From Octopus sinensis (Eukaryota), in contig NW_021836325.1 in assembly GCF_006345805.1 (NCBI RefSeq), positions 1-24,595 of the forward strand: a DNA stretch of 24,595 nt, written 5' to 3'. Shown here in pieces: positions 1 to 12,192 of this stretch. Numbering within the stretch: position 1 is the first letter of the stretch; each line of letters starts with the position of its first letter. Under the pieces are notes generated by a model. The model was not told the origin of the DNA. It ran no database searches and saw only the letters and a program-made list of their open reading frames with translations. The position numbers and the translations under genes are program-made.

Positions 1-1047
1 TGTTCATAATGGCCCTCTCAGACATGCCCTCAGCCACGCGGAGAGCCACGATCACAAGTTATGCAGATGATACAAAAGTTTCACAGGCAATACAGAACCC
101 CGAAGACACTAGCACCTGCAATATGAGCTGGACGAAATATACAAGTGGGCTGCAAGAATACATGCAGTTCAATGCTGAAAAGTTTCAAGCTTTATACTAT
201 CAGCATGCAAAACTGAATGCAATACCCAAGGAATACACTGGACCCGGAGGGATTGCAATCCCAGAGGCACAATCAGTGCGTGACCTGGGTATTCACATGA
301 GTGATGACGCGACCTTTCATGTACATGTTGCTAAACTGACAATGAAATGCAGACGCTGGCTGATGGATTCTTAGAACCTTTAGAACAAGAGAACAGAAAC
401 CATGATGGTCCTCTGGAAGACACTTGTCCTAAGCCACTTTGACTATTGCTCTCAGCTATGGTCACCATCCAGTGTCAAGTTGATCACAGAACTTGAGGCG
501 ATCCAACGAAGCTACACGAAGAAGATAGCCTCTATGCAGAATGTATGCTACTGGGAAAGACTCAAGAGATAAAATTATATTCCCTGGAGCGTAGGCGGGA
601 AAGATATGCCATAATATACATCTGGAAGATCCTGGAGGGAAGTTTCCTGAACTTTGGCATCGAGAGTTACGCAAATGCCAGAACTGGGCGCCACTGCGTG
701 GCCTAGGACTCCAAACTTGCCATCAAGATGTAGGACAAGATTCTGTGATAGCCTGGGCTTCCGAGGCCCACAGCTCTTCAATATCCTCCCGAAGAACCTG
801 AGAGACCTGCATGGGGTGGATACAGATGTCTTTGAAATCGAGCTGGATCTCTTCCTGTCAGGTGTCCCAGATGAACCAACTTCACGGCAGGAGGGGCAGA
901 TGAGGGCAGCTGCATCGAACTCTCTCATGCACCAAATAGCAGTTGCTAGAAAGCCTCCATGAAGTGAAACCAAGTAGCAACACCAAATGGCGGTGCCCCA
1001 GCATGGCCACAGCTCATAAGCTGAAACTAGAATCAATCAATCAATCA
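1..1047 (+). mobile_element. Decayed CR1/L2-group LINE: RT C-terminus, 3' UTR and (AATC)n tail; runs off the window start
   Basis: YADDTK motif, VRDLGIHMSDD, QLWSP...LEAIQRSYTK and GPQLFNILPKNLR...ELDLFLSGVPDEP, spread over shifting frames with stops. Tail aatcaatcaatcaatc at 1031-1046. Confidence 0.85.
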
Positions 1048-1481
1048 TAATGATAAGATTGCATTAATTAAAGATCCTAAACTCCTACTAATTGCTTAAC
1101 TAATAGAAGTGGTAAATCATTAGATAGTAATGTAGTTAATAGGGAGGTGATGAACGCAATGAACACCAAAAGTATTGATAAAGCTGAGTACCCTAACTCT
1201 TTAACAAAAATTTGAACTATGTAAATGCAGATAATAAATATATGAACTTTATACGTAAGTCCTGGAACAACCCTGGTGTAAGACTAGAGGATGCCCGTCT
1301 GGATGATATGTAAGTGTGTGTGTATACATCCTATGTATACAAAATATGCATAGACAAGATATTGTCAACTTGTGTGCATGTGTCTATATAAGCTTGTGCA
1401 TCTACATAGCAATATGTATGAACTCATACTAAGACGCTGGTTCCTGGCTATATATTGGCTATATATATATATATATATATA

Positions 1482-1855
1482 CAAAATGGGAGAAGAACGC
1501 AAAACATCCAGATAGACAATACAAAGAAATCAAGGACGGGTCATCCGGAGTTTTCTTTCCTCAGTCGAGTTCCATATTATCTTTGTAATTTCGGCTGATT
1601 ATACTCGAGATTGCTCCAATCTGGCCAGCCCCAAGGAAAAACTTAGTTAACAGCATTATATTCCTTGGAAGGAAGCAGCGAATGTATACGAAAACATGGA
1701 CGGAAAATAAACGGAGAAGGTTACACAAATACAAATAACAAGATATAACAACAGGTGTCTTTCGACTATGGACGACTTAAATTAAACTGGCGTGTGTGAA
1801 AGTAAAGCCTTACGGCAGGGATACAAGATTTCACAGGGACAGGGAAGAATATAGA
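1482..1855 (-). repeat. Interspersed repeat between (TA)n and (CA)n tracts; possibly a Penelope-like terminal repeat
   Basis: Non-coding and microsatellite-flanked. Minus strand has a GGCTG...CAGCC-GAAA hairpin and a CTGAGGA..GAAA..GTC motif. Family assignment is inference. Confidence 0.4.
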
Positions 1856-1857
1856 TG

Positions 1858-1859
<2 letters not shown>

Positions 1860-1888
<29 letters not shown>

Positions 1889-1935
1889 CCACACACACAC
1901 ACACAAACACACACAAACACACACACACACACATG
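1860..1935. repeat. (CA)n microsatellite
   Basis: Seen directly. Confidence 0.95.
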
Positions 1936-2874
1936 TATATATATGGAGTAAAGAGTCGTATTCTGGTTACAATGTAAAGATTTTCTTGTAATTAATCGAG
2001 ACATATAATGCTGGATTTGTACTATTTTAAGGTTCACAAAAAATATAACAACACTGGTTTGTTTGTTATGGAATATAATTGAGAGAAAGGTGAAAGTTAG
2101 TGTTGTTCGCAATAGCAATCTTTTAAGAAATGTTAAACAGGGTATTTAGTTTTTGCATTCGGTTCGTAAGATGAAACAGCTTTTGTTAAATATCAGGAGA
2201 ATGATTATGCCAATACATGAGAATGTTTCCATTATACTAGGATAAGCGACAAAACATGCAGCCAATGCATAGAGAGTTGCACTTGGCTCTCCATTGTAAA
2301 TATGTCATAGAGGTGACCGAGAAGTAAAGTTAGCAATGATTTTGTTGCTGTAATTATGATACTTTGTTCTGTTTCGGGAGGGCCATTATGTCAATAATAA
2401 GCACTGGTTCTGTTTCACTTCTTTATTTATTTGTCAATTGGTTGACTACTTAATCAATTAACTAACAGATTATTTGCTAGGTTTGTCATAGTCCTTTTGT
2501 CGCTATTTGTGACCTCATGAATTACATGTCCTCTCTGCTTGAAGTCCATTTCAGATTTATTTGTCTGCATGTCTTCTAGTAGCGAATGTCGCTGAAAGGT
2601 TTCCCTGACTCCACGATTGACCAAGCAATCAATTAAATAACTAATCAGTTAACGAATAATAAAGAAGTGAAATCGAACTGTGTGTGTGTTTGTCATTGGC
2701 ATAATGATCCCCGCTCCTGTGATACAATGAAATATGTTTAAACTCCTGACTTCACACCAAGACTCTTGGAAACCAAATACAAAAACGAAGAATTATTAGA
2801 ATTGAGATTATAATGAGAAACTAAATTTACAGTTGCATCTTTTGTTTTTATTAAATCTCTTCTGTGAATTCCAG

Positions 2875-3139
2875 AATATCCTTGTCGAAAAAACTGTCTC
2901 ATGTCTATATGGAGTCCCACGTGATTCTTGATAATGGTTGCAAGGGAAACGATCTTGGAGAGTTTGCTCTGCAGCTTCTGTCGTTACTTCAAAACGAACT
3001 GAACATTGCTCGTACAGAAGTGTATGCAAATCGAGTACCTTACGGATTGCAGCTGCAGTGGATCTTAAATGGTGGTGTTCCATTGTTTCTGCATCTGAAA
3101 GACTTTCAAAAAGTGAAACCGAAGAAACGATGGAGTCAG
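2875..3139 (+). CDS. CHS: CHS exon (first in window): ...YMESHVILDNG...LHLKDFQKVKPKKRWSQ
   Basis: Acceptor ttccag at 2874, donor cag|gtaagt at 3140, phases 2 to 0. Matches the CHS E-x-H-(I/V)-x-x-D and K-x-K-x-K-K-R-W-S-Q motifs. Confidence 0.93.
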
Positions 3140-3251
3140 GTAAGTCTAAAACATAGATATGTGCGTGAATGTATGTATGCATGTATATATTTATGTGCAC
3201 GTGTACGTGTCTATTTATTATAACATATATATATATATATATATATAATAT

Positions 3252-3298
<47 letters not shown>

Positions 3299-3450
3299 CA
3301 TTATATAATTAAGTTCAGTATGTGGCAAAGTAATTTATTTTACTAAGCCCTAATTATATAATGTAATATTTTGAATTCGCCTTAAATGGTCCTTTTACAT
3401 ACTGAATACTTGGTGAAATTGATTAATTAATTAATTTTACCCTCAATTGT

Positions 3451-3518
<68 letters not shown>

Positions 3519-6500
3519 GTGTGTATGTGTGTGTGTGTATGTGTGTGTGTGTGTGTTCAGATTCCCTAAATTACCCAGTCTCTTCCCTATCTTCTGTAAA
3601 CTCTCTGGTAACAATACCATTGAATCTCAATACATGGGCTGTTGTTGTTAATGTTTAGACTTGGGTCGACCTTGAAGGGAGAGAATTATGATGGAAGGCA
3701 CTTGAGCTTATGACCAACCTCACGCCTTTTGGGTTTGAAAGACTACATTTCAAAAATCTGACCTCCTTTTACATCACAAAACTAATGTATGGATCTCATA
3801 TTTCAGATATGTTGTTGTGTCACTGATGCCAATTAATCCATCAACCATTTTCTCTGCCTGCTACTCAGTGTTGAGTTGTGTGGGTAGAATCCTCAGGCGC
3901 CTTCTCTATATGGTCCCTACCAGAAGCCATTATCATTTCACTTTCCACATGGATTCACAAGCATGACCAACAGAGACTATGGCTATTATCTACCCACCTT
4001 GTTCTTAGTCTACTCCTAGGACTTTAACCAGTGGATTCGGTTTCAAGAATCTGTCTTGCGATTCTTTCCAAAATTTAAGCTAAAGTCATATGCTTTTTGT
4101 TGTTGGCCGTTGACCAAATCTGTTTGAAAACACTGAATAAAGGATCAAAGCTTTATCAACTCTCATCTATTTTTTAAATACATAATGTGTCCAGGAACCC
4201 GCTGTTGTTATTCAGAGCCAAGAGATCTGACTGAGCAAAACTATAAACTAAGTGGTTCCATATATGACCATCGTGGCCAGTTTTATTCATATATAGTCTT
4301 TCTAGGATACATTATCCAATGTCTCAATGCCGTGATTTGGCTACATCTGGGTTGTACATTGTGCGCGCGCTTGTATATGTACTTCCATTGTGACCATCCT
4401 TTTTAAGATCGTAGTATGTCCGAGAGAGATTTAGCTCTTATTGCTTTACTCCAAGATTCCTTTTTAACCCCTATCACATGTTATACGCCTGGCATATTCC
4501 TTTGGCCATTCATGCATCATATGTGATACACATGTCGATGTAATTGACATGTCCCATTTCTTCGAAATATTAGTGGCCTTGCGCCAAAATTTGAAACCTT
4601 TTAAGAGGCAAACTGGCAATCTCTGAAAAAATGCTTAGCCCTGTTACTACCGATTCATTACGTTCTGAGTTCAAATTTCGCCAAAGTTAACTTTGCTATT
4701 CATTCTTTTGATGTCATGAGGTACTAGTCAAGTAATGGGATCAACGCAATTGATATGTTCCTTTCCTTAATAATTACTGGCTTGTGAAAACAGGGATTTA
4801 ATCGATGTGTTCTGGGTTTTCTCTATAAAATTGTGCACAAGAAAAGGAAACATTCTTTATAGTCTCAGTTGTTCATTGTTTGACTTCGGATCTCATGGAG
4901 GCGACTTTACTCTTTTGTCTTTTGTTAAGAAAGAATCAATGACGATGCAAGTGGCAGTAACTAATTCCATTGACAATAATCTCCATTCCAACACAAGATA
5001 TCATTGTTGAAACGCACACACACACATATGCACACACTGCCGCATACGTGTGTGTGCGTGTGAATATGTGTATATATAATGTGTAATTTCTTCTCGATCT
5101 TTAAAGGTATTATATATGAACTACGTAATGAGTTGCCGGGTGAAAAAATCTTATGATTGGATTGAAAAAAGACTGAAACACTGCGAAATGGAATCGACGC
5201 CATTCAACGCCCGTTATTATGTCGATGAAAGGAAATTCTATGGTGTAGATTCATTGGACAACCAAACAGGAATACGAGGTGACTATAGAATTTCAATGCT
5301 GAGTCAATTTAGCGATTCTTCGGCATTTTCCAGCGAGGTTGACACGTCATACAGGTCGGATGAGACAAAGCTGAGTAACAGCCTACATTCATCCACTAGC
5401 ATATATTTCCTTCCAAATCGCTTGGCTATTCTCAAGATGAACGCTAGATTATCAGCGAGCAACCATTCATCGGTGGACTCTGCATACGAGCATGGACTTG
5501 AAAATTCTGGCACTTCATGGACCCAGCGTACAATACATAATATGGTTCCCAATGACGTCAGGAAACCTATTAACACAATTAGTGGAAATTTAGTGAAGGA
5601 TACCGCAGTGAACATCGAGTCGCCGTTCCTTCCGAATCCTGAGGAATTCGACAACCGGACATATATTCTAGCAACAGATTCCGACATGAAGTTCAGTGAC
5701 GATGGAGTACTCGATTTATTGAACACTTGTAATGGTGATCTTCGACTCGGTGCTGCTTGTGGCCGGACACATCCCATCGGCGAGAGAAATCACCCAATTG
5801 TATGGTTCCAAATGTTTGAATATGCTAAAGGTTGGTTCTTGTTTTTTGCCTCTACTGCTGTTTAAATATCACTTGATATCTTGTATAAATAATCTGATAG
5901 TAAGTATTTTAAATATCATACGTCATAGTTCGATTTGAACTTGCCGATAAAAGGCTGGATATTGCAGATGATTATATATATATATATATATATATATTAC
6001 ACACACATACATATCAGTGGTTACTCCGGCACTGGGGCTGTTCGAGCTTAGCCCGAGTGTGAATTTAGTAAAGTGAATGTGTATTTGCAGGCTGATTTAA
6101 TTTCTGCCAACACTGACTTTAAGTATATAATTGCAGCCAATACCTCGGGCTCGTTTTATTGAGCCTGGTCGCAGTTCATTTATTTTTGTTCAGCGTCTGG
6201 CGGTCGTCTTAGAGATGCCATGTGTCAAAAAATATCATTCGTAGCAGAAGTTCTCTCGATATCGTTCACATGCGCCTGATTCGGACTCTGAAGTTACAGC
6301 ACGAGTTGTTATATATAATCGTAAAAATAAAAAAAGTAATTCAAATTTAATGTTTTCTTGAAACAAATTTCTCTAGAGACTGGTAGGTGAAAAAGACTAA
6401 CTGGCATCTTTTGTCTAGAGTACAGGCGACAGTCAAATCGCCGATGTTTGTTGTACACTGTTGTTATTTGATTGCTACTATTCTGTGCATCTGTGTATAA

Positions 6501-8504
6501 AGATAAGTTGTATTTTGTAGGGCTGCTTTATTTTTACTCTTAACTTGGAAGTGGAGAAAGACAGTGCTAGATATAAAAAATGAGCTTTTGGGGCCTAGAA
6601 ATATTGCAGGAAAACGTGAAATTCTTCGGGCAGGCATGCGTCTTATGCGAACTCTATGATGAGCTCGAGTGAAGCTGATGATCTGGAGTTACCTCTAAGA
6701 TATATATATAAAGTTTAAAAATGTAAAGTTGTAAAGGCAGAGAAGTATATTTTAGAGAGTGTTTAATGAAATATAACCGGTTTCGATGTGTCTATCTTTT
6801 CACAGGTTAGAATTATTAGAAATAATTTCTGTGGGAGTCAGAGAGAAAAACTTTTTCTTTTTTGAGATAGTTTATCAGTTTGCACCTATATTTGAGTTCT
6901 TCATGAAATTTTGTTTTAGTCATTCTCTAATAAATGTTTTGTATATGTAGGTTTGGTGTGGGGTTCAAGAGTTCAAATTCCAGGAAGTCTTTTGAATTGA
7001 ATGGGAAGCCTCTTATTAATGGTTTAGCCAGATGTGTGTGTGTGTGTTGGAATCTATTGCCAAAAACATTTTTCCTTTTTTCTTTTTCTATTGAGAGAAA
7101 AATAACTTAATGTTGTTTTTTTTTAAGGATGGTTATTCAGAAAATTATGGTGAAATTATCTGCCATTTGTTTTGCTCTGTTTGTGTGTGTTTGGGATATA
7201 TCATCGAAGTATTTTTCTTATCATTTTTTTCTATTGAGGAGTTGTGGTCAGTAGTTCAGACCAGCTATGTGTGTGTGCGTGTACGCGTGTTGTTTTTCTG
7301 TGTGTGTATGTATGTCTATGCATGCATGTATATTGTTTTGTTTTTTTTAAATATGTTTTTTATATTGTAGTGGCTGTGTGTGTATGCGTGTGAGATTTTG
7401 ATTTTGTGGGGAATACTTTGTATGTGTGTGTGTGAGTGTGTGTGTGTGTGTGGTGTGAGTGTGTGTGTATGTGTGACATCATTATTTGCTAATTGATAGT
7501 GGGTGTTTAGAATATTTAGCTGTGGCTTTAAATTTATTGAAGTGTTTGGTGTATGTGTGTTTGTTATTTTTGTCTGTCTGTGTGTATTTTTAATGGCGTG
7601 TGTGTACGCGGTTTTTTTTTTAGTTTTGGAAACGTGTTCTGGAAATTGTGGTGTCTGCTTATGTTTTATGGAGGTGTTTTGTGTGTGTGAGTGTGTGTAT
7701 GTGTGTATTATTGTGGTGTGTGTACTTCATTGTTCGATTGTGGTGTGTGCGTGTTTATTATCATGCGTATGTTTTGCTGTAGTGTATATTTGGTTTTATG
7801 TGAATGCGTGTGTGTGTGTGTTATTGTGGTGTGTGTGTTGTTTTATTGTATTTGATCGCGGTGTGTGCGTAAGTTTGTGTGTATGCTATTGTTTGGTTTT
7901 ATGGGAATGTTTTGTGTGTGCTATTGTGGTGTGAGTTTGTGGTGTATGTGTGTGTATGTGACAGGTACTTAAAACTACAAAACTGCCAACAAAACCACAA
8001 AGGACAGACAGGCATTTCATTATACAAAAGAATGACGTTGCACCGCCAACAGATCCGAGACGAGAGGACAAGGAAGGTTCCCTTAGGGAGTCACATTGCA
8101 AAATGTGCGAGAATGACCTTACCCAGTTTTAACATCTTCTCCCTCTACAAATGCTCAGACTCTTTCACCCAACAACAGAGAATAAACAAGGAAAAAAATT
8201 CATTAACAAATACAAGCAACTAAATATCGAAAAACCGACCATTAGTCAATAAAGACCTGTCATGCATGCACGCATACCACAATAGCACACACATACAGAC
8301 ACATAAAAATATTCCCATAAATCAAGGCACACACACAGAGAATCACACTAGAATAAAACACACACAATACACACACAATAACACAAGCACGCACGCACAT
8401 AAAAAACATTCTCATAACACCAAACATATACCGCAACATAACACACACACCACAACAAAACACACTCACCCACCACAACAAAACACACTCACATACACTA
8501 CAAC

Positions 8505-8535
<31 letters not shown>

Positions 8536-10932
8536 CACAACAAACTACACACACACTACAACAAAACACACTCACACACACCACCGCAAAACACACACAC
8601 ACCGCAACAAAAGACACTCACACACACTACAACAAAACACACACACACACCACAACAAACTACACACACACTGCAACAAAACACACTCACACACCACCAC
8701 AAACACACACCTCAAAATACACACACAAACACCGCAAAACACACACACGAACACACCAGAAAACACACACACCACCAGAAAACATTTACACCACCAGAAA
8801 ACACTCACACACACCACAAGAAAACACACAAACACACACCAGAAGAAAACACACCAACACACACCATTGCAAAACACCTCACACACACACCACTGCAAAA
8901 TACACACACACATATCACAGCAAAACACACACACATACACCACAACAAAACACACACACACACACCCCACACAACATCTCCATACAACCAAAATCACAAA
9001 CCCACACATCACAGATTGCAGAACATGCTTCCAAAACTTTAAAAAAAAATACACGCACATGCACAAACACATACACCACAAAAGACGTACCCACTAGTCA
9101 CTTAGAATATACACACACACCAAACTCTTTTAATGAATTTAAAACTGCAATTAAATGTCTAAACACCCATTATCAATCAACACACGCATACACACACACA
9201 CACACACACAAACACACAGACAATGGTAACATATACGCACAAAGCATTCTCCCCAAAATCAAAAACGCACATACACACAAAGCGACCACTATATACAAAA
9301 CATACACCCAAAACACAAAAACAACATGCACACACATATACACGCACACACACACACTCACACGCATACACACGCACACACACACACACACGGAGTCACA
9401 GAAAAAACAACACACGCACACACACACAGCTGGTTAGAACTACTGACCACATCTCAATAGAAGAAAACGATATTTTTCCTGATATATATTTTTTTGTTTG
9501 ATTAAATAATAAATTTACAGCATTGAATCTAATATTTCTCTAATTACTAATAGACACAACAGATTAATAGACTTTGAGTGTCACTCCCTCTTCTACACCT
9601 CATCATGCTCGTGGCCAAGTCAGTGAATGATTGCTGGAAGCTATGCCCACGTAAAACCGTATTTAACTTATTTGCAGAATATACAAGTGAATGAATTGTC
9701 AAGAAGATATTGAGACCAGGGAGGACGAAGATATGAATATCATAGAACAGCTTGGTTGCTTGTGAAGTCCTACCATCTCTGCGTTGAACAATTCTTTAAT
9801 GTTTCATGATTGCCGTTTTCTTGGATTGTTCCACTTGCATTTCATGGAGGTTGGTGCAAAAGTCCCACGTTTCTTATAGGTAGTTATGTCGACAAGGGCA
9901 TGTAATAAAGCTCCGATATGGTTACAGGCCTCCCCTTGCTTGAAATATGAAATACACTATTAGATAAACTTCAGAGATATGTGTATGTTCATTTGTATTT
10001 GATAAATATGATAGGGATTATAAATATATACAAAATTAAGTTTCATTTATTTATTATTTATTGTTTTAATTGTACATTTATTTACTTACATCCATAAAAA
10101 ATACAGGGAAAAAAGTCAAAATAATTAAACAGGCTCTTTCCCTGCAGAGCAGTTGCAATCAGCTAAATGTACATTGCCAGTGACCTTTGACATAATTACT
10201 CACACTATGATCAGGATTGTTCTTTTTGTTAGATGTTGGTATTGAAGGGATTACCAGACACCGGACAATTGCAGTGAGAGCAGTTTTCATTAACATCGTG
10301 ATATTCAAATTTATGAACTTGTCTTTCATGCCACTCCTTAACTGTTGCTTTGATTTCATCCATAGCACGAGATAATTGTAAATGTCCTTATCCGTGAAAT
10401 TCGGCAATTTATAAAGATCTTTAGTCCAATCTGATTTCTGCACATTAGGATTAGGTAAATCCTCACCGAGAGGAGATATAAGTTTCTGCTTATTCCGGTC
10501 TGAAGTCCACTTCTCGTCTGATGAATTTAATTCATTTACGTTCTTTATTGAAAGACTTTTCATTCCTTTAATCCTTTCAACCAAGTTCGCCTTTTCTCCA
10601 GTAACATACTGTCCATGTAATCGTAAATAAGTCTTAAACTCGGCAACAGTAAGTGCTTCGATAGCTGGGTTATCGAGCTGATTTATATCCATGATGAGAC
10701 ATGAAACGCAACAACAATGGCGTGGGTAGTCTGCGGAAGTATAACTGTCTGCATAGAGCGCCGCCTAGCCAAGGGAGATAAGCTACTTATCGAGAGCCCT
10801 ATATCCGGAACACACACATACACATAGAGCAAAACAAATGGCAAAAAATTCGACCCTAATTCTCTGAATAACTAACCTTAGAATTAAAAAATAATAATTT
10901 TCTCTCAAAAGAAAATGTTTTTGACAATAGAT

Positions 10933-10982
<50 letters not shown>

Positions 10983-11002
10983 CACGCACGCACGCACACA
11001 CA

Positions 11003-11061
<59 letters not shown>

Positions 11062-12131
11062 CTAGCTGACCAAACCAAACCATGAATAAGAAACTGCTCA
11101 TTCAATTGAAAAAAAACTTCCTGAAATTTGAACTCCGGTCCAAACCTGCATAAGCAAAACATGTGTAAGAGACTTACTAAATCAAAATCTGATTAAGAAC
11201 TAAAATTTCGGTACAAAATGTTAAAACTCCACAAAAATGCTTTTTTCTCTCTTTGTTCCCTAAAGATTCTTTCTAAAATTTCTAATCTTTGATAAAATAG
11301 ATATTACCAAACCGGTTATATATTATTCTCTAAGATATACTTCACTGCCTTTTCCAACATTATTTACATTTTTAACTATAATTTTTGGGATCTTTTCATT
11401 TTGAACGACAGTTTTCAACACAATTTCTAGTTAACTAAACATTTTAAAACTTCGTATATTGGTAGAATGTGTCAAAATAAAACATTTTTCCTCTTGGCTT
11501 TCTTGAGAAAATTGTAATTTGTAAGTTTAACGTAGTTTAATTTTTTGAATTTTAACCAATCAATCGCCTCTATTCAGCTAAAATCATTTGCTGCGTCTAA
11601 AACTGAGACAACATCCTGTCACTAACCCTTACTCTAACACTAACCCTAACCCTAACACTAACCCTAAATTTTAGCCTTTCGTTTTTTTTCCTTAATTGTT
11701 AAATTAATTTAATTGTTACGCGTGTGTCTAAAATTATTCGTTTTGTTTTTGTTTTGAGATACATGTGTATTGTTTAAACTATTTTCTATTGCTTAAGAAA
11801 AAAAAAATGAAAGGTTAAAACGAAAAATAATTTAAACAATTAACAAACAAAATAATTCTATAATTTTATACACACGCTTTCCGTACGTAAACATAACAGT
11901 GACAGGATGTTGTCTCAGTTTTAGACGCAGCAAATGATTTTAGCTAAATAGTGGCGATTGATTCGTTAAAATTCAAAAAATTAAACTACGTTAAACTTAC
12001 AAATTACAATTTTCTCAAGAAAGCCAAGAGAAGTTTAAAAGTGTAAAGTTAACTGGAAATTGTGTTGAAAACTGCCGTGCAAAAGGAAAAGATCCAATTT
12101 TTGAATTGTAGGATGGACTCCTATCCACTTT

Positions 12132-12192
<61 letters not shown>

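Noticed and set aside
2150-2245. Peptide MKQLLLNIRRM faintly resembling the CHS EMxQLLKSIxRM block, as a possible upstream exon
   Set aside because: It lacks the preceding TMW/YxE motif, hits a stop, and offers no phase-2 donor to join 2875. The true upstream exons are probably outside the window.
5304-5777. 157-aa minus-strand ORF (likewise 2808-3200 and 22557-22760)
   Set aside because: Antisense shadows of real CHS exons with no recognisable features.
5831-5865. ORF-track extensions past the exon ends (e.g. GWFLFFASTAV, VSLKHRY..., GTAPII..., GKYIFF...)
   Set aside because: Read-through into introns beyond GT donors. CHS homology continues in the next exon.
8266-9501. Long His/Thr-rich and Cys/Val-rich ORFs (e.g. 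8266-9042, 8572-9081; also 7503-7934, 10783-11162)
   Set aside because: They are translations of CA/GT-rich repeats, which are naturally poor in stop codons. There are no domains or splice support.
11622-11667. Telomere or chromosome-fusion scar (also 19410-19422)
   Set aside because: Only a few degenerate units, each embedded in an interspersed element, with no head-to-head array.
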